Below, piece after piece: positions 39,965 through 50,477 of a stretch of 64,000 bases of DNA. Both the position numbers and the translations under genes were made by a program. Location: the NCBI GenBank assembly GCA_012960245.1, contig DUBO01000038.1, positions 10,627 to 74,626 of the forward strand, in the 5' to 3' direction. The DNA is from Candidatus Binatota bacterium (GTDB lineage: Bacteria > Desulfobacterota > Binatia > UBA1149). Numbering within the stretch: the stretch's first letter is position 1; each line of letters starts with the position of its first letter. The notes below the pieces were generated by a model. That model was not told the DNA's origin and did no database searches. It worked only from the letters and a program-made list of their open reading frames with translations.

Positions 39965-41705
39965 CCGGGTAAACTTTACCCGAGAGCACGGTGGCCACCG
40001 GGATAAGGTCGGGCCACGCATCGACGCCCACTACCAGCGGATCGTCGGGTAGCGCCACGAAGTCGGCCCTGAGGCCCACTCGTATACTGCCCAGCTCGTC
40101 TTCCATACCGACCGCGTAGGCCGCGTCGCTGGTGATCGCGAGCAGGGCCTGTCCCGGGGTAAGCGCCTCGTCGGCGCCACGGGTATTGCCTTCATGGGTC
40201 AGCCGAGTGGCAGCGGCCCAGGCCGCGAGCAGAGGGCGCGCCGGCCCCATGGGCAGGTCGGAATGCAGCGACACCTTCACCCCGCGTTTGACCAGCGACC
40301 CCAGCGGCGTGATCTTTTCTGCGCGCGGCAGGCCAAGCCCACGCTCGGCGTATATGTCGGCCATGAAGTAGTTGTAGTACACGTTGGCTGACACCAACGC
40401 GCCGGCCGCGGCGAGGCGATCCAACTCGGCCGGGCGCGCCTGCGCAAAGTGATGAAAGGTAAAGCGGTGATCCTCTCGCGGGTGCTCGGCCTGCAGCTGA
40501 TCGAGCGCGTCGAGCACCGCCACCTGGGCCGCGTCGCCGTTGCTGTGCACGTGCAGTTGGTAGCCCGCTTTCCACCAGGGCGCGAGACCGTCGGCCATGC
40601 GACCTGGCTCGGTGTTCCACTCGCCCACTCCCCCCTCCAGGTAACCCGGCGGTTGCATCCGCATCAACAGGGAAAAGAACGCGCCGTCGCCTATCATCTT
40701 GACCTGGCGCAAAAAGGCCAGGCGCTCGCTGTTGCGTTGCGGCAGGGCCTCTACTTTATCGAATAGTTCATCGCCCCACTCACGTCCCAACGCGAAGGGC
40801 AGCGGCACCAGGCGGGTGCGAAAAGGCACGTCGTCGCGGTCGAGGTTACGCTTGAGAATCGGCCACTCGCGCTCGTCGCTGAACATACCGTAGGCCATGT
40901 CGACAACCGTAGTGATGCCGCCGCTGTGTATCATCTGCCGCACGATGGAATGACCGCGATCCATGGCCTCTTCGCCCAGCACCACCGGGGACAGAGTGCC
41001 GAGCGCGACCAGCAGCCCCAGCTCCGACAGGCGGCCAGTGGGTTCGCCATCTGCGCGCAATGCGACACCGGGCAAGCGCGCCGCCGTCTCGCGGGTGACT
41101 CCCATCCACTCGAGCGCGACCGAATTGGCTATGACCTCGTGAAACGAACGGTGCCAGGCCACCACTGCGCGCGTGGTCGACACCGAGTCGAGCGCGTCAC
41201 GGTCGAGTCCCGCACCGTGAAAGAAATCGTGGTAGCCCCAGGTGATCAACGGCTGCTCAGCGTCGTCAAGAGCGGCATCGAGTTCGCGCAGCCTGTCGAG
41301 AAAAGCTGGCCTGCCGCGTATGCCCTTGATCGTTCCGCCGGGTAGCTCCCAGTCAAACGGTGCCGTTATGGGTAACGCCAGCAGCATTGCGGCCATGTCG
41401 GGATGCAGGTGGTTCTCCACGAAGCCGGGCAACAGCACCTCGTCGGCAAAGCGTTCGTCAATGACGCACCCATTGCAGCCGGCCAGCGGCGCGAGCTCCT
41501 CGCGGCTGCCCACCGCGATGATCCTTCCATCGGCCACCGCCACGGCCTCGGCATGGGGACGAGCCGGGTCCATGGTTACCACGCTCCTGGCCGTGAAAAC
41601 CGTGACGGCCGGTGCACGCGTGCAAGCAGCAGCGGCGGTAAGAGCCACGCAGATCGCCGAAACAGCCAGCTTATGCTGGCGCCAACCTGAAATCGTATGG
41701 AGCAT
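39954..41705 (-). CDS. Secreted amidohydrolase-family (Amidohydro_3-like) metal-dependent hydrolase
   Basis: Signal peptide/lipobox (LTAAAAC). HxH near the N-terminus of the TIM barrel (ENHLHP), HSD and C-terminal D motifs. Confidence 0.7.
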   Translation of the reverse strand: MLHTISGWRQHKLAVSAICVALTAAAACTRAPAVTVFTARSVVTMDPARPHAEAVAVADGRIIAVGSREELAPLAGCNGCVIDERFADEVLLPGFVENHLHPDMAAMLLALPITAPFDWELPGGTIKGIRGRPAFLDRLRELDAALDDAEQPLITWGYHDFFHGAGLDRDALDSVSTTRAVVAWHRSFHEVIANSVALEWMGVTRETAARLPGVALRADGEPTGRLSELGLLVALGTLSPVVLGEEAMDRGHSIVRQMIHSGGITTVVDMAYGMFSDEREWPILKRNLDRDDVPFRTRLVPLPFALGREWGDELFDKVEALPQRNSERLAFLRQVKMIGDGAFFSLLMRMQPPGYLEGGVGEWNTEPGRMADGLAPWWKAGYQLHVHSNGDAAQVAVLDALDQLQAEHPREDHRFTFHHFAQARPAELDRLAAAGALVSANVYYNYFMADIYAERGLGLPRAEKITPLGSLVKRGVKVSLHSDLPMGPARPLLAAWAAATRLTHEGNTRGADEALTPGQALLAITSDAAYAVGMEDELGSIRVGLRADFVALPDDPLVVGVDAWPDLIPVATVLSGKVYPVSR

Positions 41706-41790
41706 GCGCGAACCCTATCAAAACGGGGAGGCGTCCGATAACCCCCTTTCGGGATTGGACACAGCGTGGGCGAGTCAAAATATTACCCCC

Positions 41791-43044
41791 ATGGAGAACA
41801 AGGGCTACGGCCAACGCACCGTCGCTGGGCCGCTGGCCGGCTACCGGGTAATCGAACTCACCTCCACCGTGTCTGGCCCGCTCGCGGGAATGATACTGGC
41901 CGACCAGGGCGCCGACGTCATCAAGATCGAGCCGCCGGGCATAGGCGACCTCGCGCGCTTCATGGGAAACATCCGCAACGGCACGGCGGCCATGTTCTCG
42001 ACCATCAACCGCAACAAGCGCTCGGTTGCGCTCGACCTCAAGCAGGACGACGACAAGGCCGTGCTGCTGGGGCTGGTCGAAACCGCCGACGTTCTCATCG
42101 AGAATTACCGGCCCGGCAAAACTGCTGCGCTGGGCCTCGATTACGAATCGCTCGCACGCATCAACCCGCGGCTGGTCTACGCGTCGATCACCGGCTACGG
42201 CCAGTCGGGCCCCTACGCCCGCCGGCGCGTGTACGACCCACTGGTCCAGGCCACCATCGGCATGGCCGTTGCCCAGGGAGCGGGCGGGCAGGACGGCAAG
42301 CCGGCCAACGTGCGCACGGTGTTGTTCGACAAGGTGGCGGGCATGACCGCTGCCCAGGCCGTGACCGCAGCCCTGCTGCAGCGCCAACGCAGCGGCCGCG
42401 GACAATTTCTGCCCGTGTCCATGATGGACGCCGGACTATACTTCCTGTGGCCCGACGCCATGTGGCGGCACACGCTACTGGGCGACGACATCAGCGAACA
42501 GGGCGAACTGGCCGACTACTTTCCGCTGTTTGCTACCAGCGATGGCCACGTAGCCATGATCGTAATAGTCGACGGTGACTTCGCCCGCGTGTGCGAGGGG
42601 CTGGGCTGCCAACTGCACAGCGACGAACGCTTTGCCACTTTTGCCGGCCGCGTTGCCAACCGCGGTGAGCTGGCAGATGAGATGAACCGCGTGCTCGCCG
42701 GCCACGACACCGAGGCGGTGTGCAGCCTGCTCGACGAGCTCGACATCCCGGTGGCCGCGGTCAACGGTCCCGGCAACGTGCACGAAGACCCGCAGGTGCA
42801 GCACTCGGGCACGCTGGTGGAGGTCGAGCACCCGCTGGGCGGCAAGTCGAGGCTGCCCAGGCCGCCGCTGGTCTTCGACGAGCAGGCGGGTGGACTCGGT
42901 AGCTGCTCACCCCTGCTGGGTGAACACAGCCGCGAGCTGCTGGTCGAACTCGGCACCGACGAGGAACACATAGCCCGCATCGAGGAGCGCGACCGCGCCA
43001 ACCGCGAAGCCTTCGGCGGGCTCGACCTCACCAAGCTGCGCTGA
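41791..43044 (+). CDS. Family III CoA-transferase (CaiB/BaiF)
   Basis: RVIELTSTVSGPLAGMILADQGADVIKIEPPGIGD signature N-terminus. Confidence 0.85.
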   Translation: MENKGYGQRTVAGPLAGYRVIELTSTVSGPLAGMILADQGADVIKIEPPGIGDLARFMGNIRNGTAAMFSTINRNKRSVALDLKQDDDKAVLLGLVETADVLIENYRPGKTAALGLDYESLARINPRLVYASITGYGQSGPYARRRVYDPLVQATIGMAVAQGAGGQDGKPANVRTVLFDKVAGMTAAQAVTAALLQRQRSGRGQFLPVSMMDAGLYFLWPDAMWRHTLLGDDISEQGELADYFPLFATSDGHVAMIVIVDGDFARVCEGLGCQLHSDERFATFAGRVANRGELADEMNRVLAGHDTEAVCSLLDELDIPVAAVNGPGNVHEDPQVQHSGTLVEVEHPLGGKSRLPRPPLVFDEQAGGLGSCSPLLGEHSRELLVELGTDEEHIARIEERDRANREAFGGLDLTKLR

Positions 43045-43110
43045 TCGGCTGGGCTCCTGGCCGTGCCAGCTGACGGCAAGATCTTTCGGCCCCTGGAAGG
43101 GCCCACGCCA

Positions 43111-43929
43111 TTACTTGCGCGCCAGTATGTGCAGGCTGACGATGGCCTTGCGGTACTCGTCGGCCTGCTCGCGGCTTATGCCCATGGACTCGATCATGCG
43201 CGCCACGTCGGGGTCGTCGAGTGAGAACATGTCGCCGAAGCAGGACTCCTTCGTGATTTCCACAGAGGCAAAACCGGCTTCGCGTATGGTGTCGAGATAA
43301 CGTTCTCGCAGCGAGGCGCCGCCCACGCAGCCTATCCACGCGTCGATGCTGCCCAGCACTTCGGCGGGCAGCTCGCGGTCGAGCACGATGTCGCTCACCA
43401 TCACGCGCCCGCCGGGCTTGAGTACGCGGTAGGCCTCGGCGTAGACCTTCTCTTTTTCGGGCGAGAGGTTAATGACGCAGTTCGACAGGATGACGTCGAC
43501 GCTTTCGTCTTCGAGCGGCAGTTGCTCGATGAAACCCTTGCGGAACTCCACGTTCTGGTAGCCGCCGGCCTCGGCATTGACCCTCGCCTTTTCGAGCATC
43601 TCGTCGGTCATGTCCACGCCGATCACGCGACCCGTGGGACCGACCGCAGCAGCCGCGAGAAACGAATCCATGCCGGCGCCCGAGCCGAGATCGACCACGA
43701 CCTCGCCCGCCGACAGCGAGTCAATAGCCGTCGGGTTACCGCAACCCACGCCCAGGTTGGCGCCGTCGGGCACGGCCTCGAGTTGCTCGGCCTGGTAGCC
43801 CACCCGCGCGCTGGCGGCGTTGACGTCTTCGGTACCGACGGCCGAACCGTCCACGGCCACCCGCGCGTAACCCTTGCGCACCTCGTCTCTCAGTTGCTCG
43901 TTGTCGGCCGGTCGATTTTCAGCACTCAT
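43111..43929 (-). CDS. arsM: Arsenite S-adenosylmethionine methyltransferase
   Basis: GCGNP ... VVDLGSGAGMD ... VIGVDMTDEML ... VDVILSNCVINLSP ... RVLKPGGR match the ArsM/AS3MT family with conserved Cys. Confidence 0.8.
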   Translation of the reverse strand: MSAENRPADNEQLRDEVRKGYARVAVDGSAVGTEDVNAASARVGYQAEQLEAVPDGANLGVGCGNPTAIDSLSAGEVVVDLGSGAGMDSFLAAAAVGPTGRVIGVDMTDEMLEKARVNAEAGGYQNVEFRKGFIEQLPLEDESVDVILSNCVINLSPEKEKVYAEAYRVLKPGGRVMVSDIVLDRELPAEVLGSIDAWIGCVGGASLRERYLDTIREAGFASVEITKESCFGDMFSLDDPDVARMIESMGISREQADEYRKAIVSLHILARK

Positions 43930-43938
43930 CGTTCATCC

Positions 43939-44265
43939 TCACGCTGCCAGTCCCCGGCAGCAGTCCTCGGTGAGAAACCCCACCAGTTGTTTCATCGATT
44001 CGAAGTCGGGGCTGTAAATACGCGACCGGCCGCGCTTCTGGCAAATCACGATGCCGGCGGTCCTGAGCTCCTTGAGATGGAAGGACAGCGTGGCCGGGGC
44101 CAGGCCCAGCTCTGCGGCCACCGCGCCGGCTGCCAGGCCCCCGGGACCGGCCTTTACCAGCAGGCGGAATATCTCGAGCCGGGCCTCCTGGGCAAGTGCC
44201 CCCAACATTTCGACCGCAACGGCCGTTTCTACGGGGGGCGCCGTTCTCGTTATCCTTGTTTCCAT
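43939..44265 (-). CDS. arsR: ArsR/SmtB-family metalloregulator
   Basis: Winged-HTH LAQEARLEIFRLLV...ELRTAGIVICQKRG. C-terminal CC pair. Immediately upstream of arsM. Confidence 0.75.
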   Translation of the reverse strand: METRITRTAPPVETAVAVEMLGALAQEARLEIFRLLVKAGPGGLAAGAVAAELGLAPATLSFHLKELRTAGIVICQKRGRSRIYSPDFESMKQLVGFLTEDCCRGLAA

Positions 44266-44359
44266 ATTTCCATTATTAAGCAACTATCGTATCTAGTCAA
44301 GCAGAATTGCGACCTCTTCCCCTTCCGATAGAGGCGGTGGGTGGGTAAACAGAGCGGTT

Positions 44360-45694
44360 ATGGCATGGGATTTTCAGACAGACCCCGAATACCAGGAAAA
44401 GCTCGACTGGGCCGACCGCTTCGTAGCCGAGAAAATCGAGCCCCTCGACCTGGCCTTTCCCGACCCAACGGCACCCTTCGACCGCAGCAACCCTGATTTC
44501 AAGCGCCTGACCGATCCGCTCAAGCAGCAGGTGCGCGAACAGGGCCTGTGGGCCTGCCACCTGGGACCCGAGCTGGGCGGCAAGGGCTACGGACAGTTAA
44601 AGCTGGCGCTGCTCAACGAAATCCTCGGGCGCTCTGCCTGGGCCCCGGCGGTGTTCGGCTGCCAGGCGCCGGACACCGGCAACGCCGAGATCCTGGCCCA
44701 CTACGGCAGCGACGAACAGAAATCCCGCTACCTGCAGCCGCTGATGGACGGCGAAATGGTATCGTGTTTTTCAATGACGGAGCCGCAGGCGGGTTCCGAC
44801 CCGTCGGAGTTCCGCTGCACCGCCACGCGCGACGGCGACCACTGGGTCATCGAGGGCGAAAAATATTTTTCGTCGCACGCCGACTTCGCAGACTTCATCA
44901 TCGTGATGGCGATCACCGACACCGAGGTGCCCGTGTACCAGGGCGCGTCAATGTTTCTCGTGCCCGGCGACGCCGAGGGGCTCGAGGTTATACGCAACAC
45001 CGGCCTGGGCTGGGAGCCCCTGGGCACCGGTAGCCACCCGCACCTGCGTTACAACAAGGTGCGCGTACCCGCCGACCACCTGTTGGGCGGCGAGGGCCAG
45101 GCCTTCGCCATCGCGCAGACCCGGCTGGGCGGCGGCCGCGTGCACCACGCCATGCGCACCATGGCCATGGTCAAGAGCGCCTTCGACATGATGTGCGAGC
45201 GCATGCTCAGCCGCCGCACACGCGGCAAAGAACTCGCCCGTCACCAGATGATGCAGCAGTACGTAGCCGACAGCTTCCTGCAGATCGAGCAGTTCCGACT
45301 GCTGGTGCTCTACACCGCCTGGCACATAGACCAGGCGAACAGCGCCGATGAGAAGATTGCCCAGGGCCACCGCGACCAGGTGCGCACTTACATAGCGGCC
45401 GTAAAAATACAGATGGCCGAGGTGCTGCACGACGTCGTCAGGCGGGCGGTGCAGGTGCACGGAGCGCTGGGCTGCTCCAACGAAATGCCCTTGGCACGGT
45501 TGTGGATGACCGTACCCATCATGGCCGTGGCCGACGGCCCCAGCGAGGTGCACAAGATCACCGTCGCCAGGCAGGTGCTCAAGGATTACAAGCCAGCCGA
45601 TGGCCCGTGGCCCGATCGTTTTCTGCCCGAACGAACCGAGGAAGCCCGCCGTCGCGTGGCCGACGCCCTCGAAAACGAAATCGCCAACCTCTGA
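44360..45694 (+). CDS. Acyl-CoA dehydrogenase family protein
   Basis: ACAD N/M/C domain architecture (TEPQAGSD..., catalytic region ALGCSNE). Confidence 0.8.
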   Translation: MAWDFQTDPEYQEKLDWADRFVAEKIEPLDLAFPDPTAPFDRSNPDFKRLTDPLKQQVREQGLWACHLGPELGGKGYGQLKLALLNEILGRSAWAPAVFGCQAPDTGNAEILAHYGSDEQKSRYLQPLMDGEMVSCFSMTEPQAGSDPSEFRCTATRDGDHWVIEGEKYFSSHADFADFIIVMAITDTEVPVYQGASMFLVPGDAEGLEVIRNTGLGWEPLGTGSHPHLRYNKVRVPADHLLGGEGQAFAIAQTRLGGGRVHHAMRTMAMVKSAFDMMCERMLSRRTRGKELARHQMMQQYVADSFLQIEQFRLLVLYTAWHIDQANSADEKIAQGHRDQVRTYIAAVKIQMAEVLHDVVRRAVQVHGALGCSNEMPLARLWMTVPIMAVADGPSEVHKITVARQVLKDYKPADGPWPDRFLPERTEEARRRVADALENEIANL

Positions 45695-45724
45695 ACTACT
45701 CCCCACGGCGCCGAGAAAAAACCA

Positions 45725-46789
45725 ATGCCCGACAAGCAGGACAGCAGTGAGCACATCCAGAAAGCCGTCAATCCCCTGGCGCTGGCCCGCTGGATGGACG
45801 AGCAAGGATTGCCCGGCGCCGGCTCGCCGGTGGAGGCGAGCTTCATAAGCGGCGGCGCGTCCAACGAAATCTTCCTGCTCGAGCGCGGTGGCGAACGCCT
45901 GGTCATGAGACGGCCGCCCCTGGAAGTGCCCCGCGGCCGTAACGAGACCATGCTCAGGGAGTACCGCGTGCTGAGCGCCCTGCGCGACACCGACGTGCCC
46001 CACTCGCGGGTGCTGGCCGCCTGCGAAGACATCGGCCTGGTGGGTGCGTGTTTCTACCTGATGGAGCACGTCGACGGTTGGTCGTGCATGAACCTTGACG
46101 GCTGGCCCGAGCCCTTCGACGAGGACCTCGTGGTACGCCGATCGTTGGCCTGGGAACTGGTGGACGCCATAGCCAGGCTGTCGCGCGTGGACTGGGAAGC
46201 CAACGGCCTGCAGGGTTTCGGGCGGCCGGACGGTTTTCACGAAAGGCAGGTGGCGAGATGGACGGCTCACCTCGACTCGTTCAAGTTCCGCGAGCTGCCC
46301 GGACTCGACGAGGCCGCCGGCTGGCTGTCGGAACACGGCCCGCTGGACTACCGGCCGGGAATAATGCACGGCGACTACCAGTTTGCCAACGTAATGTTCC
46401 GCCACGGAGCGCCCGCGCGAATGGCCGCCATCGTTGACTGGGAGATGGCCACCGTGGGAGACCCCCTGCTCGACCTCGCCTGGGTGATAATGGGCTGGCC
46501 CGACGAGGGCGAGGACCGTTCGGCCTCGGGCTACGTCGACTACACCGGCATGCCCAACCGCGACGAGCTGTGCGAACGCTACTCGCGCGTGAGCGGACGA
46601 AGCACCGACGACATCGACTACTACGTCGTGCTGGCCCGCTTCAAGATGGCCTGTGTTCTCGAGGGTGGTTATGCGCGCTACAAGAAAGGCGGCGCAGACA
46701 ACCCCAAGATGGCGATGTTCGGCGACGTGGTGCTCGACATGGCACGTCGAGCTGCCGAGCTCGCGCGCAGTACCGACTACGACAGCTGA
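45725..46789 (+). CDS. Phosphotransferase (APH/ChoK-like kinase) family protein
   Basis: Brenner motif HGDYQFANVMF, IVDWEMATVGDP. Confidence 0.8.
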   Translation: MPDKQDSSEHIQKAVNPLALARWMDEQGLPGAGSPVEASFISGGASNEIFLLERGGERLVMRRPPLEVPRGRNETMLREYRVLSALRDTDVPHSRVLAACEDIGLVGACFYLMEHVDGWSCMNLDGWPEPFDEDLVVRRSLAWELVDAIARLSRVDWEANGLQGFGRPDGFHERQVARWTAHLDSFKFRELPGLDEAAGWLSEHGPLDYRPGIMHGDYQFANVMFRHGAPARMAAIVDWEMATVGDPLLDLAWVIMGWPDEGEDRSASGYVDYTGMPNRDELCERYSRVSGRSTDDIDYYVVLARFKMACVLEGGYARYKKGGADNPKMAMFGDVVLDMARRAAELARSTDYDS

Positions 46790-47412
46790 GCGCCACCCGA
46801 ATTGCCTCCGCCCCAGCGCCGGTAACAGGCGATCGTCATCCAGTAGAACAACGGCGTCATCAACAGCCACGGCGACTGGGTCTGCAGCTGCACGGGACGC
46901 CCTCCCAGCTCGAACAGGATCGGGTTGAACCACGGACCTCCCGGCATCATGGGCCCCCAGGACAGCCTGAAACCAGCGCTCACCTGCTCGTGGTACACTA
47001 CCGTTTCAATAAAAACGTTCTGCGCCACGAACCAGGTAAACAGCAGCGCAAATGCACCCCAGCGCCAACGCTCAAACGCCTTGTTGCTACGACCGTAAGC
47101 CAGCCACACCATCGCCAGCCCCGGCATGCACACCACCCCTGCGTCGCCCAGCGAGTTAGTGAGCCAGTTGATCCAGGCGGGCACGGCCCGGCTCATGACC
47201 TCTGGACGGCGCATGTCTACCGGCAGTCCGTCGACCAGGCCAGCCGAGATCCACAGTTCCCAACCGAACACGCACACCGCGAGCGACAGCAGGTACACCA
47301 TACCAACCCAGCGCGGCAGCCGGCCAGCAGCGTACGAAACCGCCACCACCGCCAGCGACCCGAAAGCCACCACGTAAATCATCCCCGCTGTAAGCAGTTG
47401 TTGCGTTGTCAT
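46777..47412 (-). CDS. Integral membrane protein (hypothetical)
   Basis: ~6 TM, Trp-rich. No recognisable motif. Confidence 0.45.
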   Translation of the reverse strand: MTTQQLLTAGMIYVVAFGSLAVVAVSYAAGRLPRWVGMVYLLSLAVCVFGWELWISAGLVDGLPVDMRRPEVMSRAVPAWINWLTNSLGDAGVVCMPGLAMVWLAYGRSNKAFERWRWGAFALLFTWFVAQNVFIETVVYHEQVSAGFRLSWGPMMPGGPWFNPILFELGGRPVQLQTQSPWLLMTPLFYWMTIACYRRWGGGNSGGAQLS

Positions 47413-48386
47413 TGTTGTCCCCTTTGGGCGTGCGGCGCTACGGCCTGCAGGCCCTGGTAGGTATCACGGATCAGCGGGCAATGGGCGCCCGCTTCTTCGG
47501 CCGCTCGCAGCGGGTTGCCGTAGATGGCTTCTGTCTCCAGCGGACGACCGGTTCGGTAGTCGAGCAACATGCTTGGGCTGTAGGCCGCCATGGCCTCGGT
47601 GTCGCGCAGCATTATCTCAACGAACTCCTCCTTGATCTCGCGCCCGCAGGCCGCAGCCGCACGTACGACCTCCAGCATAATCTCGCGACAACGCGCTCGC
47701 AGGGAGGGGTCGCCCATGAGGACATCGGTGGTACAGTCGTGCAGCACGCAGAGACCGTTGTAGGTGATGTTCCAGACGAGCTTCTTCCAGCGGCCGAGCA
47801 GCAGGTCTTCTTCCGTGCTCACCTGCAGGCCGGCGCGCTCGAAGTCGGCCGCGACATTTTCAACGAGGCCTGTCACGCCGGCAGCCCGACCATCTGCCGT
47901 CCACTGTCCCAGGCGCACGGCACCGTAATCGAGGTGACGGATGTGCCCCGGCCCCAGCTTGTTGGAACACAGGAAGGCCATGCCGCCCAAGACTTCGCGC
48001 CCGGGACAGGCCCGCGCCGCCAGGTCTTCCATGAACAGGCCGTTCTGCATGACAAGCACCGCCCCACCCTCGCGCACGGCGGGCGGCAACAGCGCGGGCA
48101 ACGATTCGTTGCTCGTGGTCTTGAGCGCGACCAGGGCCACGTCGGCTGGTTCCATGTTCTCGGCCGAGGAATAAATGACAGGTTGCGCAACGGAGAAATC
48201 GCCTTCGGGCGACTCGACCCGCAAGCCCCTGGCCCGCACCTGCTCGTAGTCGCTGCGCAACAGAAAGCGCACGTCGAGCCCGGCACAGGCCAGGCGCGCG
48301 CCGTAATAGCCGCCCAGCGCACCGGTGCCGATGATGTTGTAACTGCGTTCGCTCACAGGTCTGCGCGGCCACCCAGGAGGCAACAC
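47409..48386 (-). CDS. 2-dehydropantoate 2-reductase (ApbA/PanE) family oxidoreductase
   Basis: NIIGTGALGGYYG Rossmann motif. KPA-reductase C-terminal region. Confidence 0.7.
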   Translation of the reverse strand: MLPPGWPRRPVSERSYNIIGTGALGGYYGARLACAGLDVRFLLRSDYEQVRARGLRVESPEGDFSVAQPVIYSSAENMEPADVALVALKTTSNESLPALLPPAVREGGAVLVMQNGLFMEDLAARACPGREVLGGMAFLCSNKLGPGHIRHLDYGAVRLGQWTADGRAAGVTGLVENVAADFERAGLQVSTEEDLLLGRWKKLVWNITYNGLCVLHDCTTDVLMGDPSLRARCREIMLEVVRAAAACGREIKEEFVEIMLRDTEAMAAYSPSMLLDYRTGRPLETEAIYGNPLRAAEEAGAHCPLIRDTYQGLQAVAPHAQRGQQ

Positions 48387-48433
48387 GACCCGAGGCTATC
48401 CTGATCGCCGCCGCCAATCTATAGTCGGCAACA

Positions 48434-49672
48434 GTGAGCACGCCCGACGACTACGACCTGTTTGCGCCCGACACCATCGCCAGCCCCTGGGAGTTCTATG
48501 CCGCGTTGCGCGAGCACGCCCCGGTGTACCCGCTCGAACAGACCGGTTACAGCTTGGTGTCGCGCTATGACGACTGCCGCGCCGCGGCACTGGACACCGA
48601 TACTTTTTCGTCCAACCTGGTCGCCATGGTGGTGGGGCTGACCGGGCAGGCCCCGGCGCTGCTCGAAGTTTCATCAGCGACGACCCGGCCGGTGGACGTG
48701 CTCGCCATAGCCGACGAGCCGGTGCACGCCCGCCAGCGCAAGGTGGCCAACAGCGCGATGACCCCCCGGCGTGTAGCCGCGATGGAAGACAGCCTGCGCA
48801 GCCTGGCCGGCCAACTTGTGGAAACGTTTCTCGCCCGTGACTCCAGTGACGACTGGATGCAGGCGGTGGCCAACGAAATGCCCGTGCAGGTGGTCTGTCG
48901 GCTGGTGGGCCTGCCGCTCGAAGACCGAGTGCAGTTGCGCGCCTGGGCCAACGACGGCTCGGCGCTGTTGTCGGGAGTGCTCAACGACGAACAACTGGCG
49001 CGCTACGCCGCAAGCGTGATGAAACTCAACGCCTACTTGGCCGACGCTTTTCGCGCAGCCCGCGACTCGCCGGGAGACAACGTGCTGGGCGTACTCGCCC
49101 GCGCGACCCACGAAGACGAGGACTTCCTCAGCGAGGACGAGGTAGTGGCCATTCTGCTGCAATTGCTGTCGGCGGGCAGCGAATCGACCGCGGCCCTGCT
49201 GGGCAGCGCCGTACTGCTGCTGGCCCGTGACCCGCAACTGCAGCAGGCACTGCGCGCTGACCCCTCGGCGATACCCGACTTCATAGAGGAAACCCTGCGC
49301 CTGGAGTCCCCCTTCCAGGGACACTTCAGGCTCGCCACGCGCGACTGCAGGCTGGGCGACGTCGAGATAGCCTCCGGCACGCGCCTGATGCTCTTGTGGG
49401 GCTCGGCCAACCGCGATCCATCCCAGTTTGCAGACCCCGACAGGCTACGGCCCGGCCGCGACAACGCCTCGGCTCACCTCGCTTTCGGGCTTGGCATACA
49501 CCACTGCATAGGGGCGGCGCTGGCACGCATGGAGACGCGGGTGGCGCTCGAAGAACTGCTGGCACGCACGCGCTCGTTCGAACTCGCCGACCGGGATCAA
49601 ACGCCGTCCTACCTGCCCAGTGTCATGATACGACGCCTGGCACGGATGCCACTGACGGCTACCCCCCGCTGA
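48434..49672 (+). CDS. Cytochrome P450
   Basis: FGLGIHHCIGAALARME haem loop, AGSESTA I-helix, ETLR. GTG start. Confidence 0.9.
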   Translation: MSTPDDYDLFAPDTIASPWEFYAALREHAPVYPLEQTGYSLVSRYDDCRAAALDTDTFSSNLVAMVVGLTGQAPALLEVSSATTRPVDVLAIADEPVHARQRKVANSAMTPRRVAAMEDSLRSLAGQLVETFLARDSSDDWMQAVANEMPVQVVCRLVGLPLEDRVQLRAWANDGSALLSGVLNDEQLARYAASVMKLNAYLADAFRAARDSPGDNVLGVLARATHEDEDFLSEDEVVAILLQLLSAGSESTAALLGSAVLLLARDPQLQQALRADPSAIPDFIEETLRLESPFQGHFRLATRDCRLGDVEIASGTRLMLLWGSANRDPSQFADPDRLRPGRDNASAHLAFGLGIHHCIGAALARMETRVALEELLARTRSFELADRDQTPSYLPSVMIRRLARMPLTATPR

Positions 49673-50477
49673 CCGTTGAGCAGGCGTCGAAGGCCGCCAG
49701 CATCTCGTCGTAGCGTTGCTCGACTATGGCGCGAACCTCGGGGTGGCTGAGAATGAAAAAATCGTCTCGCTCCACCGCGGCTACCACCAGGCGGCCCACC
49801 TCGTCGGGGTCCATGCCCTCGGTGAACAGCTCGGCGAACTCGGCCGGCGATTGCTCGGGCCCCCCGTAAGCCTGCTGGCGATTGCGCCCCGCGTTCCAGA
49901 TGTCGGTGGCTACCAGGCCGGGGCACAGTATGCTCACGCCTATACCGTCGTCGACAAGCTCCCGGCGCATGACGTCCGACAAGGCCAGCACCGCGTGTTT
50001 GCTGGCGGTGTAGATGCCCATGCCGGCAAAGGGGATTCCCAGGCTGTGTTCCGACCCGGTGTTGACCACGTGAGCGGGGCCGCCCTGCTGCTTGAAGCGG
50101 GGTACGAAGGCCGCGCAGCCGTTGAGCACGCCGAAGACGTTGACGTCGAACACCCACCTCGCGTTGTCCTCGGGCAGTTCGGCCACCGCGCCCATGGTAC
50201 CTACGCCGGCGTTGTTGCAAAGCAGCCGCACCTGGCCCAGCTCGGCAAACGCGCGCTCGGCCAGCGCTTCGAGTGACTCGCGACTGGTCACGTCGCACTC
50301 AACGGCTATGCTTTCGACGCCGGTGGCGGCAAGCTCGTCGGCCACCTCGCGGGCGCGGTCGAGTTCTATGTCGGCCACGGCCACCGACACGCCGCGCGCA
50401 GCCAGCTCGCGGGCCACGCCTCGGCCTATGCCGCTGGCGGCGCCGGTCACGACGGCCGCCATGCGCTCGATCTTCAT
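49659..50477 (-). CDS. SDR-family oxidoreductase
   Basis: TGAASGIG, NNAG, YTASK. RBS GGGAGG 9 nt before ATG 50477. Confidence 0.85.
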   Translation of the reverse strand: MKIERMAAVVTGAASGIGRGVARELAARGVSVAVADIELDRAREVADELAATGVESIAVECDVTSRESLEALAERAFAELGQVRLLCNNAGVGTMGAVAELPEDNARWVFDVNVFGVLNGCAAFVPRFKQQGGPAHVVNTGSEHSLGIPFAGMGIYTASKHAVLALSDVMRRELVDDGIGVSILCPGLVATDIWNAGRNRQQAYGGPEQSPAEFAELFTEGMDPDEVGRLVVAAVERDDFFILSHPEVRAIVEQRYDEMLAAFDACSTVSGG

